Below, piece by piece: positions 1 to 8,851 of a stretch of DNA of 46,503 nt. Origin of the DNA: Candidatus Actinomarina sp. (lineage in GTDB: Bacteria; Actinomycetota; Acidimicrobiia; Actinomarinales; Actinomarinaceae); assembly GCA_041234785.1 (NCBI GenBank), contig JBEROH010000030.1, positions 1 through 46,503 on the forward strand, given 5' to 3'. The notes beneath the pieces are model-generated. The model was not told the origin of the DNA. It made no database searches and saw only the letters and a list, made by a program, of their open reading frames with translations. The position numbers and the translations under genes are program-made. The stretch's first letter is position 1. Each line of letters begins with the position of its first letter.

Positions 1-1
1 T

Positions 2-307
2 GAGCAAATTAGTAATTCTTCAATTGGTTTATTAATAAATCCACCAGATAAGCATTCAAAATATTTCACTTCCCCATTAAAATATTTTGAATATATTGCA
101 GGTGGTTTAAAAGTAGTAGCTGTTGACTATCCTGCGCATAGAGACCTTCCTTTTCAGGAAAATATTTACTATTTTCGAGAAAATGATGAAGATTCGCTTT
201 TATCAGCTATAAAAAATGCTATGGAAAAAGAATTTATTAGAATAAAAAAAGATAGTATTTCTCTAGATCAAAGAATAAAAAAAATTATCGATTTTTATAA
301 TAAATAA
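2..307 (+). CDS. Glycosyltransferase (GT4/GT-B like), 3' end only; truncated by window edge
   Basis: Not in ORF track. Frame 2 is open from the edge: EQISNSSIGLLINPPDKHSKYFTSPLKYFEYIAGGLKVVAVDYP...SLDQRIKKIIDFYNK*. SPLKxFEY-x-A-x-G is the GT4 nucleotide-sugar motif. Confidence 0.8.
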   Translation, partial: EQISNSSIGLLINPPDKHSKYFTSPLKYFEYIAGGLKVVAVDYPAHRDLPFQENIYYFRENDEDSLLSAIKNAMEKEFIRIKKDSISLDQRIKKIIDFYNK

Positions 308-309
308 AG

Positions 310-383
310 CACGCCTGGAGGGATTCGAACCCACAACCTTCTGATCCGAAGTCAGATGCTCTATCCAGTTGAGCTACAGACGC
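310..383 (-). tRNA. tRNA-Arg (anticodon UCG), CCA not encoded
   Basis: Reverse complement folds as a cloverleaf: GCGTCTG acceptor, D-arm GCTC..GAGC, anticodon arm TCTGA-CTTCGGA-TCAGA, T-loop TTCGAAT. Confidence 0.95.
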
Positions 384-430
384 AAGATTTTCTTTAAAAC
401 TTTTCTATAACTTATATAATAGTTTCAGCA

Positions 431-1165
431 ATGAAAACAACTAAGGTTTTAGAAACTTATATTTCAAATACAACAATATCTGAAGTTGCTCAGATTTTAA
501 CTTCTAGTTCCAAAAATCTAGTTGCTATTTGTAATACAAATACAGTTGTAAGAAGTTTAAAAAATGAAATGCTCAGAGAGACTCTAAATAGTTTTAATAT
601 TAAAACTCCGGATGGGTTTCCAATAGCAAAAGCCCTGTCAATAATTAATAGAGAAAAACAAGAAAGAGTAGATGGCTATAAAGTTTTCCTAGAAACAATA
701 CAGGAAGGACTAAAACATGACACCAAACATTATTTTTTCGGAAATAATGAAGAAACTGTACAGCTCATGATTAAAAACATAAAAGAAAAATTTCCTAATA
801 TCAAAATTGAGGGTTACTTATGTCCCGATGTTTTATCTTCAAGCGAATTAGTATCTTTATATAAAGAGACCCTTTCTAAGACTAATGCGAATATTTTATG
901 GATATCACTTGGTTTTCCAAAACAAGAATTATTTATGTATGAACTTGTAAATACAGCAGAAGTCAACTCAAACTTAGTTGGTATTGGAGGTGTGTTTAAC
1001 TGGGTTGCAGGAACAAAAATGAAAGCTCCTGAATGGATAGCAAATTTAGGATTAGAGTGGGCTTTAAGGTTAGTCCAAGACCCAAAAAGACTATACAAAA
1101 GATATTTAATTGACAATACTCTGTTTATTTACTACTTTTTTAAACAACTTCTTAATAAAAAGTAA
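431..1165 (+). CDS. WecB/TagA/CpsF family glycosyltransferase (GT26)
   Basis: PDGFP, RVDG, LGFPKQE, GIGGVF and APEW..GLEW..RL..DPKRL.KRY motifs. Confidence 0.92.
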   Translation: MKTTKVLETYISNTTISEVAQILTSSSKNLVAICNTNTVVRSLKNEMLRETLNSFNIKTPDGFPIAKALSIINREKQERVDGYKVFLETIQEGLKHDTKHYFFGNNEETVQLMIKNIKEKFPNIKIEGYLCPDVLSSSELVSLYKETLSKTNANILWISLGFPKQELFMYELVNTAEVNSNLVGIGGVFNWVAGTKMKAPEWIANLGLEWALRLVQDPKRLYKRYLIDNTLFIYYFFKQLLNKK

Positions 1166-1213
1166 ACTAGTTATAGAAACAATTCTGACATATAGCTGAT
1201 AATATTTACAACA

Positions 1214-2854
1214 ATGAATAACTTATTAAACAAAATTAGAATTAATTTAACTGCTGTTTTACTAAGTTATGATTTAAATGATGATGTACAATTTATTATT
1301 TCAAAATTTCCTGAAGTTGACCTACAAATTAATAACTTGGTTAAATATAAAGAGGAGAATTTTTTTGATCAACTCCTTAATAAGTTTCAAACTATTTTAG
1401 AAGAAACAAATATCTTCAGTGAAATTAAAAGTAGTGATATCGGGTTTTTAAACTTGAGTTTTAACCACTCGTATCTTTCTAATATCATTAAAAATTCTAA
1501 AGATGAGCTTGAGACTAATGTAAAAAGAACTCTCTTGTTTGATTATGGAGGACCTAATATTGGAAAGCCACTACATGTAGGACATATCAGAACATTAAAT
1601 ATTGGTAGAAGTCTATATAATTCTAATTCTTTTATAGGGAACACAGTTAAAAGTGATACTCATTTGGGAGACTGGGGTATGCCAGTTGCTCAAATAATTA
1701 CATATCTAGAAAAAAATAAAATTTCACCTGAAAGTGTTACTGCTGGTGATCTTGAAATAATATACCCAAAAGCAAGTAAAGAGTACTGGGATAACGTAGA
1801 TTTTAAAAAAAGGGCTCAAGAAATAAACAAATTACTAAATAATGGCGACAAAAATTTGTATGAAATTTGGAAAATAATTAAAAATATATCCTTAGAAAAT
1901 TTAAAGATTGAACTCAAAAAATTAAACCAAAATTTTGACTACTGGTACGGAGAAAGTGATGTTAATAACTTAATCGCACCAATGATTAATGACTTAGTGA
2001 ATAACAAAAAAGTAATTAAGGATGAGGGTGCACTGATTAGTTCAGAAAATGTTGATCCTAAAATTTTAATTACTAAAACTGATGGATCATATCTATATAT
2101 CACTACTGACTTAGCAACTGTTTTGTATAGAAAAAAATATTTACCCTATGATAAGGCTTACTATATTGTAGACAGTAGACAATCGCTTCACTTTAAACAA
2201 TTGTTTAGTTCAATTAATTACTTTGAATTTAGTAATGCAGAACACGAACATATAGCTTACGGAACAATAAACGATGCTAAAGGAAACCCTTTTAAAACAA
2301 GAGATGGGGGTACTAAATCGTTAAATGAATTATTTCAAGAAACAAAAAACTATATAAAAAATATCAATAACAATATTGATGAAGCAATTCTCGATCAGTT
2401 AACAAACTCTGTTTTAACTTTTAGTGACCTTCTTACAAATAGAAAAACTGACTATAAATTTGATCTCGAAAAATTTACAAATATTAATGGAAAAACTGGC
2501 ATTTATGTTCAATATGCACAAGTTAGAGCTAAAAAATTATTACTGGAAATTGGAGAAAATAAAAAAGATCTCGATTCATTAGTATTAAGTTCTATCGATA
2601 AAGATTTACTATCAAAACTTTATTTGTTCGGATATCATCTGGAACAATGTGTTCAACTAAGTGAACCTCATCATCTTGCAAATTATTTATATGAAATATC
2701 AAGTTTATTTAATGCTTTTTATGAAGAAGAAAAACTTAACAATATAACAAATCAAGAACATTTAGCATCTAAAATTTTAATTTTAAAATTATTTTTAACT
2801 ACAAGTCAAAACGTTATGTTTTGTTTAGGCATGGAGCCTGTAGAGAGAATGTAG
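1214..2854 (+). CDS. argS: Arginine--tRNA ligase
   Basis: PNIGKPLHVGH (HIGH), HLGDWG, KTDGSYLY.TTDLA, FKTRDG and YVQYA..R motifs. Confidence 0.97.
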   Translation: MNNLLNKIRINLTAVLLSYDLNDDVQFIISKFPEVDLQINNLVKYKEENFFDQLLNKFQTILEETNIFSEIKSSDIGFLNLSFNHSYLSNIIKNSKDELETNVKRTLLFDYGGPNIGKPLHVGHIRTLNIGRSLYNSNSFIGNTVKSDTHLGDWGMPVAQIITYLEKNKISPESVTAGDLEIIYPKASKEYWDNVDFKKRAQEINKLLNNGDKNLYEIWKIIKNISLENLKIELKKLNQNFDYWYGESDVNNLIAPMINDLVNNKKVIKDEGALISSENVDPKILITKTDGSYLYITTDLATVLYRKKYLPYDKAYYIVDSRQSLHFKQLFSSINYFEFSNAEHEHIAYGTINDAKGNPFKTRDGGTKSLNELFQETKNYIKNINNNIDEAILDQLTNSVLTFSDLLTNRKTDYKFDLEKFTNINGKTGIYVQYAQVRAKKLLLEIGENKKDLDSLVLSSIDKDLLSKLYLFGYHLEQCVQLSEPHHLANYLYEISSLFNAFYEEEKLNNITNQEHLASKILILKLFLTTSQNVMFCLGMEPVERM

Positions 2855-3397
2855 TTATAGAAATATCTGAGTAGAGATCGTCCAAACCAACAACACTAAA
2901 CTATAGGAATATTTGTTTATAAAATCTATATTTTTACCAAAATTGTGAGCTAAAAATAATACGAGTGGAATAGATATAAAGCCAGAAAAAGAAACTGCTC
3001 TAGCTATCACGAGATATTGATTCAAAAAAATATTTTTACCACTTAATAATAATTGAAAAAGGACTAATAAAACCATAGATATCATGATTACTGAAACTAT
3101 ATTTGAAAGTAGGTCTTTAAAAGATCTGTTGTTAATAGAGTAAGTATCAAAAAACTCTACAGGGATAAATAGTATAAATAGAGCCACAAAAAAAGTAATC
3201 AAAGACCAAAATAAACCCTGTCCGCTCCAGTTTATAAACATTTGAGAAGTGTAACCAATTGCTTCTAAAAATAAGTAGATTGAAAAACCTAATATTGCAG
3301 TGCCAAGTACAAAAAAATACAAACCAATAATTGATAAAAACTGATTTTTATTTAGTGAAACATTCCTTTTATTTAAATTACTAAGTTGATATTCCAT
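2855..3397 (-). CDS. Hypothetical integral membrane protein (about 5 hydrophobic segments)
   Basis: 180-aa ORF filling the gap; hydrophobic stretches; no family recognised. Confidence 0.75.
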   Translation of the reverse strand: MEYQLSNLNKRNVSLNKNQFLSIIGLYFFVLGTAILGFSIYLFLEAIGYTSQMFINWSGQGLFWSLITFFVALFILFIPVEFFDTYSINNRSFKDLLSNIVSVIMISMVLLVLFQLLLSGKNIFLNQYLVIARAVSFSGFISIPLVLFLAHNFGKNIDFINKYSYSLVLLVWTISTQIFL

Positions 3398-3441
3398 ACA
3401 GACATATAATAACTGCTTTTATATTAAAATAATTATTAAAT

Positions 3442-3684
3442 ATGGAATTAATAGATACACCAAATCCGAATGCCAAAAAAATTATGTATAACCATGGATT
3501 AGAGATAGCAAGCTATATCCAGAATGATAGTAATGATATTAAAAAAGAGTTGAAAGACATACTTAACATCAAAGGTGTAAAAGCTTTATTTACTGGGCCA
3601 GGATTTTTAACCATCACGAAAGAAAATGATGCGGATTGGTCTACGATAAGCAGTAATATTAAAAATATCTTTGATACAATATAG
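3442..3684 (+). CDS. Stand-alone NifU/Nfu N-terminal domain protein
   Basis: TPNPNA.K N-terminus, I.GV..LF...FLTITK...DW pattern. Confidence 0.85.
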   Translation: MELIDTPNPNAKKIMYNHGLEIASYIQNDSNDIKKELKDILNIKGVKALFTGPGFLTITKENDADWSTISSNIKNIFDTI

Positions 3685-3686
3685 CT

Positions 3687-4295
3687 ATGGAAACATTTAA
3701 TTCAGATCCTAAACCTGGAAGAATTGTACTACCTTTAGTGCTTATTGGAATGATTGCTACAACTTACACCTTTGTAAACAGAGTTGCAACTAACAATGAT
3801 TTAGATCTTATTGTGACAGATACCGTAGTGGAAACAACTATAGAAACTGATGCTCCAGAAACTACTACCTCAACGACAACAACCACCCTTCCAGTAGAGT
3901 ATGTAGCTTACTTAGAAGAAATCACGGCAGAAAAAATCCAAGCTACAGAACTTGGGAAAAAAGTGTTAGAAGCAAATGATAATTGGGATGAAAAAACTGT
4001 TACATATCAAGAAGCAAAACAAGAGTTCAATGCTTTTATTGAATATGCAGAAGAATTTGTTTTAACTGTTACTGACCCAGGTCCTCCAAATGAGTATGCA
4101 AATCTAGTTACTGGACACGAAGAATTAAAGACTCTTGTGAACCTTGTTTACTTAGACACAGTAGAGCTTTTAGCTGGTTTAGAGTCATCTGATAAAGGAG
4201 AGCAGAGAGCCGCCGCCCTTGATTCCTTTAATACGAATTTAGACCAGTTTATTGATAAAGTTGAAGAAATAGTTGCTGCCGCTACGTCTAGCTAG
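3687..4295 (+). CDS. Hypothetical membrane-anchored protein with Thr-rich linker and acidic helical ectodomain
   Basis: One N-terminal TM segment, PETTTSTTTTTLP linker, Glu/Asp-rich remainder. Confidence 0.8.
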   Translation: METFNSDPKPGRIVLPLVLIGMIATTYTFVNRVATNNDLDLIVTDTVVETTIETDAPETTTSTTTTTLPVEYVAYLEEITAEKIQATELGKKVLEANDNWDEKTVTYQEAKQEFNAFIEYAEEFVLTVTDPGPPNEYANLVTGHEELKTLVNLVYLDTVELLAGLESSDKGEQRAAALDSFNTNLDQFIDKVEEIVAAATSS

Positions 4296-5316
4296 AAGCT
4301 GCTGAACAAACCGTATCAATCATTAACATTGCAATCAAATATGGATCACCATTAGCATTTGGTCTTCTGTCTTCTAAATAACCTTTTTTATCTACTTCAA
4401 CTTGCCAAGGGATACGTATTGATGCACCTCTGTCACTTACACCGTATGAAAACGTATCAAATCGTTGTGTTTCGTGTGCACCAGTGAGACGATCTTCTAT
4501 TCTGTCTCCATAATTTTTTACATGTAAATCTGCATTTTTTCCAAGAGCTTCACATGCATCAATAATTGCTTGGTAACCACCATCTTCACGCATTTGCTTT
4601 GTTGAAAAGTTTGTATGCATCCCTGCTCCATTCCAGTCACCTTTTACTGGTTTTGGATCAAGCGTTGCAGAAATCTTCCAATCTTCTGCAATTCTGTATA
4701 GCAACCATCTTGCAACCCATATCTGATCACCTATTTCTGGAGCTCCAATTGGTCCAATCTGAAACTCCCATTGTCCTGGCATTACTTCCGCATTTGTCCC
4801 TGATATCTCAAGACCAGCTTTTATACAAGCTGTTGCGTGAGCCTCTGAAATTGCTCTTCCATAAACCTCATCGGCACCAACACCGCAGTAGTATCCTCCT
4901 TGTGGAGCAGGATATCCAGATGGTGGAAAACCTAAAGGCTGACCATATTTTAGAGAGTCATAGGATTGCTCATAAAATGTGTACTCCTGTTCCATTCCAA
5001 ACCACGGTTCAAATTCTTTAAAATTGTTTGCTGATTCAATTAATGCAGCACGGGTGTTTGAAGTATGTGGTGTCATGTCAACATTTAAAACTTCACACAT
5101 CACCAAAATATTATCTCCACCTCTAATAGGGTCTGCAAATTGAGCAACTGGTTTTAATACACAATCAGAAGCAGCTCCTACAGCTTGTTTGGTACTTGAT
5201 CCATCAAATCCCCAAATTGGTAATTCAGAACCTTTATCGATAATTTTTGTTTTACTCCTTAATTTTGCGGTTGGAGTTTGACCGTCAATCCATATATATT
5301 CTGCTTTTATCTTCAT
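4288..5316 (-). CDS. glnII: Glutamine synthetase type II (eukaryote-like GSII)
   Basis: 342 aa; AEYIWIDG, WGFDGSST, GMEQEY, NAEVMPGQWEFQIGP, DWNGAGMHTNFST, RLTG.HET, DRGASIRIP and EDRRP motifs. Confidence 0.95.
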   Translation of the reverse strand: MKIKAEYIWIDGQTPTAKLRSKTKIIDKGSELPIWGFDGSSTKQAVGAASDCVLKPVAQFADPIRGGDNILVMCEVLNVDMTPHTSNTRAALIESANNFKEFEPWFGMEQEYTFYEQSYDSLKYGQPLGFPPSGYPAPQGGYYCGVGADEVYGRAISEAHATACIKAGLEISGTNAEVMPGQWEFQIGPIGAPEIGDQIWVARWLLYRIAEDWKISATLDPKPVKGDWNGAGMHTNFSTKQMREDGGYQAIIDACEALGKNADLHVKNYGDRIEDRLTGAHETQRFDTFSYGVSDRGASIRIPWQVEVDKKGYLEDRRPNANGDPYLIAMLMIDTVCSAASS

Positions 5317-5349
5317 GAAAGTAATGTAATATGTATTTCAGGAAATGTT

Positions 5350-5376
5350 GTTGCAGATATGTTAAATTATTGTTTC
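5350..5376 (-). promoter_or_regulatory. Putative GlnR box upstream of glnII
   Basis: Minus strand reads GAAAC-n6-TTAAC-n6-GCAAC: three pentamers at 11-bp period, resembling the actinobacterial gTnAc-n6-GaAAc consensus. Confidence 0.6.
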
Positions 5377-5381
5377 GAAGA

Positions 5382-6011
5382 ATGATAGACTCTTACTTGA
5401 ATATTGACCCTGACCATAAAGACTTAGAAAAGTTCTTTAAAGAAGCGGGGGTTAAAAAACAGACTCTTAATGGTATAACTTCACCTAGCCAACTTGATTT
5501 AATTATCACTTCACTTAACAAATATGGTGAAACCAAAAAACATCTCTCTAACTTAGAATCTTCTTCTAAGCCGTTTCCAACTTTAATAATTGTTAATGAA
5601 GATGAATTTGAACAAACAATTGATCTTATTCAAAATCCTCATATCCAACTTATATCAAGTGCTTGTAATTCTGATGAAATTAAGGCAAGAGTACATGCAC
5701 TGGTTGGAGACACAACTTCAGAAGTTCTCACATTTAAAGATTTATCTATAAACTTAAAAACATACGAAGCAAGAATTAGTCAAACACTTCTCGATTTAAC
5801 TTATATGGAATATACTTTACTTAAATTTTTTGTTGAAAACCAAGAAATTGTTTGGTCTAGAGAACAGCTCTTAGAAAAAGTCTGGGGATATGACTATTTT
5901 GGCGGCGCAAGAACTGTTGATGTACATGTTAGAAGGCTACGAGCAAAACTAAGTGATAAGCGAAAAGATTGGATAAAAACAATTCACTCAGTTGGTTATA
6001 GATTTAACTAA
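5382..6011 (+). CDS. glnR: GlnR-like OmpR-family response regulator (atypical receiver); start moved from 5331 to ATG 5382
   Basis: wHTH LDLTYMEY.LL..SREQLL.KVWGYDYFGGARTVDVHVRRLRAKL closely matches actinobacterial GlnR; divergent from glnII. The 5331 start would overrun the intergenic promoter region. Confidence 0.8.
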   Translation: MIDSYLNIDPDHKDLEKFFKEAGVKKQTLNGITSPSQLDLIITSLNKYGETKKHLSNLESSSKPFPTLIIVNEDEFEQTIDLIQNPHIQLISSACNSDEIKARVHALVGDTTSEVLTFKDLSINLKTYEARISQTLLDLTYMEYTLLKFFVENQEIVWSREQLLEKVWGYDYFGGARTVDVHVRRLRAKLSDKRKDWIKTIHSVGYRFN

Positions 6012-6351
6012 AGCTGTTACCACACCCGCAGGTTCTTGATACATTAGGATTGTCAATTGAAAAACCAGTTTCCATTAGCCCTTCTTTATAATCTAATGTT
6101 GAACCTTTAATGTGCTCTAAACTTTGAGAATCTACAACAATGTTGACTTCACCATATTGTTCTACAACATCACCATCAAATTCTTCTGTATCAAAAAACA
6201 TTTCGTAAGAATATCCTGAACACCCGCCAGGTTTAACACCCATTCTTAAAAAACTATTTTCAGATTCTTCTACTGCTTTCAATTCAATTAATTTTTTAAC
6301 AGCACTTTCAGTAGCTAAAACAGCTCTTGATGATTTAATTTGTATATCCAT
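6004..6351 (-). CDS. A-type Fe-S carrier (HesB/IscA/ErpA family)
   Basis: GGCSGYSY and NPN...TCGCGNSF motifs. Confidence 0.95.
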   Translation of the reverse strand: MDIQIKSSRAVLATESAVKKLIELKAVEESENSFLRMGVKPGGCSGYSYEMFFDTEEFDGDVVEQYGEVNIVVDSQSLEHIKGSTLDYKEGLMETGFSIDNPNVSRTCGCGNSFS

Positions 6352-6428
6352 GAAACCAGTATAGCAAAAACTATTTTATTCCATAAATTTGTTATTACAT
6401 CTTTCTCAAACTTCCTTAGAATATTTAT

Positions 6429-7556
6429 ATGGTTCAAAGTGATTTATTGTTAAAACATCTCTCAACAGTGTACGATCCTGAACTTGGGGTCAACATTGTA
6501 GATTTAGGCATGGTAAAAAATGTGGTGCACAATAAGAACAGTGTCGATATTAAGTTAGCATTAACCATTGCGAACTGTCCAATGAGAAATCAAATTGAAC
6601 AAGAGATAAAAAGAAAGTTATTACTTATTGAAAACGTATCAACTGTCAATATTGAGGTAGTAGCTATGGATCAAAAAGATAGGTCTTCTGTTATGGAGAA
6701 AGCAAGAAAAAAAGCTAGAGACAATGCACAGCCTACAAAAATTGATCCTAAAACTAGAGTCATTGCAATAGGTAGTGGAAAAGGTGGTGTCGGCAAATCA
6801 ACCATTTCTGCAAACGTCGCTGTTGGATTATCAGACGCCGGATACAAAACTGGTTTATTAGATGCAGATATCTGGGGTTTCTCAATTCCAAGGCTTCTTG
6901 GCATATCGGGAAGAATTAAAGCCAATGATGAGAAGCTCATGATTCCATATTCTCACAATAACTTAAAAGTCATTTCTACTGGATTGATTACAGAAAATGA
7001 AGACACAGCTTTAATGTGGAGAGGTCTAATGTTAAGCAAAGCTTTAGAGCAATTCTTAACAAATGTTGAATGGGGTGATTTGGATTATTTAATAATTGAT
7101 TTACCTCCTGGAACAGGTGACATTCAAATGGCATTAAGTCGTCTTCTTCCTCAAGCTGAATTAATTGTTGTCACAACACCACAACGAATGGCCCAAAAGG
7201 TAGCAACGAGAGTTGCGGACATGGCAAAACGTAGTTTTATACCTTTATTAGGTGTTATAGAAAATATGTCTTATTTTCAATCAAAATCTGGAGAACAGTT
7301 TAATATTTTTGGATCTGGTGGTGGAGATGCTCTCGCTAATCAGTTTGGTTTATCTATACTTGGAAAAATTCCAATTAGTGAAGATACAAATGATATCGCA
7401 GATGACGGAATTCCTTTGATCTTGCAAGAAAAAGACTCTCCAACAAAACAAGCTTTAATTCAACTAACAAAGAATATTGCTGAGCAGCTACCTCCTATTA
7501 AAGATGAAACATGTACTGGTCGGTTAGCTAAGGTTTTTGAAGAGCTTTCAAAATAA
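6429..7556 (+). CDS. mrp: Mrp/ApbC/NBP35 ATPase with N-terminal DUF59 (FeS assembly) domain
   Basis: VYDPELGVNIVDLGMV..T...CP (DUF59); SGKGGVGKST, LDADIWG, WRG, DLPPGTGD and ENMS motifs. Confidence 0.93.
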   Translation: MVQSDLLLKHLSTVYDPELGVNIVDLGMVKNVVHNKNSVDIKLALTIANCPMRNQIEQEIKRKLLLIENVSTVNIEVVAMDQKDRSSVMEKARKKARDNAQPTKIDPKTRVIAIGSGKGGVGKSTISANVAVGLSDAGYKTGLLDADIWGFSIPRLLGISGRIKANDEKLMIPYSHNNLKVISTGLITENEDTALMWRGLMLSKALEQFLTNVEWGDLDYLIIDLPPGTGDIQMALSRLLPQAELIVVTTPQRMAQKVATRVADMAKRSFIPLLGVIENMSYFQSKSGEQFNIFGSGGGDALANQFGLSILGKIPISEDTNDIADDGIPLILQEKDSPTKQALIQLTKNIAEQLPPIKDETCTGRLAKVFEELSK

Positions 7557-8851
7557 TGAATTCGATTTCTGTTAACGATTTAGCTGAATCCTCCAGTCTT
7601 GAACTTCCAAGAGAGATTAAGCTTTTTCTTGCAAAAAAAGTTCTCGCAGAAACTAGAGATGGAGATGAAGCACTAAAGCAATTCAACCAGGTTGTAAACA
7701 AGTTAAGTATCGATAAACAGAAAAAAGTTATTAACGCTACCGGAACATTGCTCCACACAAACCTTGGTAGAGCCCCAAGCAACTTATTATTTCCCGGTGG
7801 ATACACAAATGTAGAATTTGATTTACTCGAATCTAAACGAGGGATGAGAAGTATTTACCTCAAGACTAGTATGAAAACTCTCTTGAATACAGAGGATGTG
7901 ACGTTTGTAAACAATAATGCCTCTTCTCTGTTTATTACTCTTGCAAGTTTAAAAAAAATTCACAATAAAAGTCACGTAATTGTCTCTCGAGGTGAAATTA
8001 TTGAAATCGGAGGTTCTTATAGACTTCCTGAAATTATTAATGAAACAGGTTTAGTCCTCATTGAAGTTGGTACCACCAATAAGACCCGTATAAAAGATTA
8101 TGAAGATGCACTAAAAAAATATGATAATGCGGTGATATTAAAGGTACATAGGTCAAATTTTTCAATTACAGGATTTACAGAAGAAACAACAATTGCTCAA
8201 CTAAAGGAATTAAAAGATTCATATCAAACAATGCTCATCCACGACTTAGGTAGTGGACTTGTAATAGACAGGGGCTTTCTAAGTAAATATGATTTACATA
8301 TTTTTGACACTGAACCAAGAGTGCAAGATTCGCTTGATTCTGGATCAGACTTGGTCTTATTTTCAGGAGATAAATTGTTTGGATCGGTTCAGTCGGGAAT
8401 CATTGCAGGAAATAAAAATATAATTGAATCAATTAATGGGTTCAGCTTGTATAGAACGTATCGCTGTTCTCCAATAATTTTATTTGAACTTCAAGAAACG
8501 ACAGATAAGTACTTATCAAAGAATGAAATAGAGATTCCATTTTGGCATCTAGTATCAACACCATACAGCTCTTTAGAAGAAAGACTATCAACGATTGTTT
8601 CAAATTGTAATGTGCAGTATGACATCGTTAGGGGCGAAAGTGTAATTGGAGGAGGGACTTTACCTGATAAAACCTTAGAATCTCCATTACTCATTTTTAA
8701 CGAAAATTCTGTAAAAGATTTAATGTTTAAATTTTTAAATAATGTGTTTCCAATAATTCCTCGCATTTTTAATGGAAAATTAAGTCTCGATATTAGAAGT
8801 GTTTCAATTGATGAGGATAAATATATAGCAGACTTCATAACATCTTTATGA
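7556..8851 (+). CDS. selA: L-seryl-tRNA(Sec) selenium transferase
   Basis: VINATG.LLHTNLGRAP, VNNNA, VSRGE.IEIGGS.R, EVGTTN.T, LKVH.SNF, DLGSG and FSGDKL.G..Q.G (PLP Lys) motifs. Confidence 0.97.
   Translation: MNSISVNDLAESSSLELPREIKLFLAKKVLAETRDGDEALKQFNQVVNKLSIDKQKKVINATGTLLHTNLGRAPSNLLFPGGYTNVEFDLLESKRGMRSIYLKTSMKTLLNTEDVTFVNNNASSLFITLASLKKIHNKSHVIVSRGEIIEIGGSYRLPEIINETGLVLIEVGTTNKTRIKDYEDALKKYDNAVILKVHRSNFSITGFTEETTIAQLKELKDSYQTMLIHDLGSGLVIDRGFLSKYDLHIFDTEPRVQDSLDSGSDLVLFSGDKLFGSVQSGIIAGNKNIIESINGFSLYRTYRCSPIILFELQETTDKYLSKNEIEIPFWHLVSTPYSSLEERLSTIVSNCNVQYDIVRGESVIGGGTLPDKTLESPLLIFNENSVKDLMFKFLNNVFPIIPRIFNGKLSLDIRSVSIDEDKYIADFITSL

Noticed and set aside
6004-6351. HesB-like selenoprotein next to selAB
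   Set aside because: All three conserved positions are Cys codons; there is no in-frame TGA.
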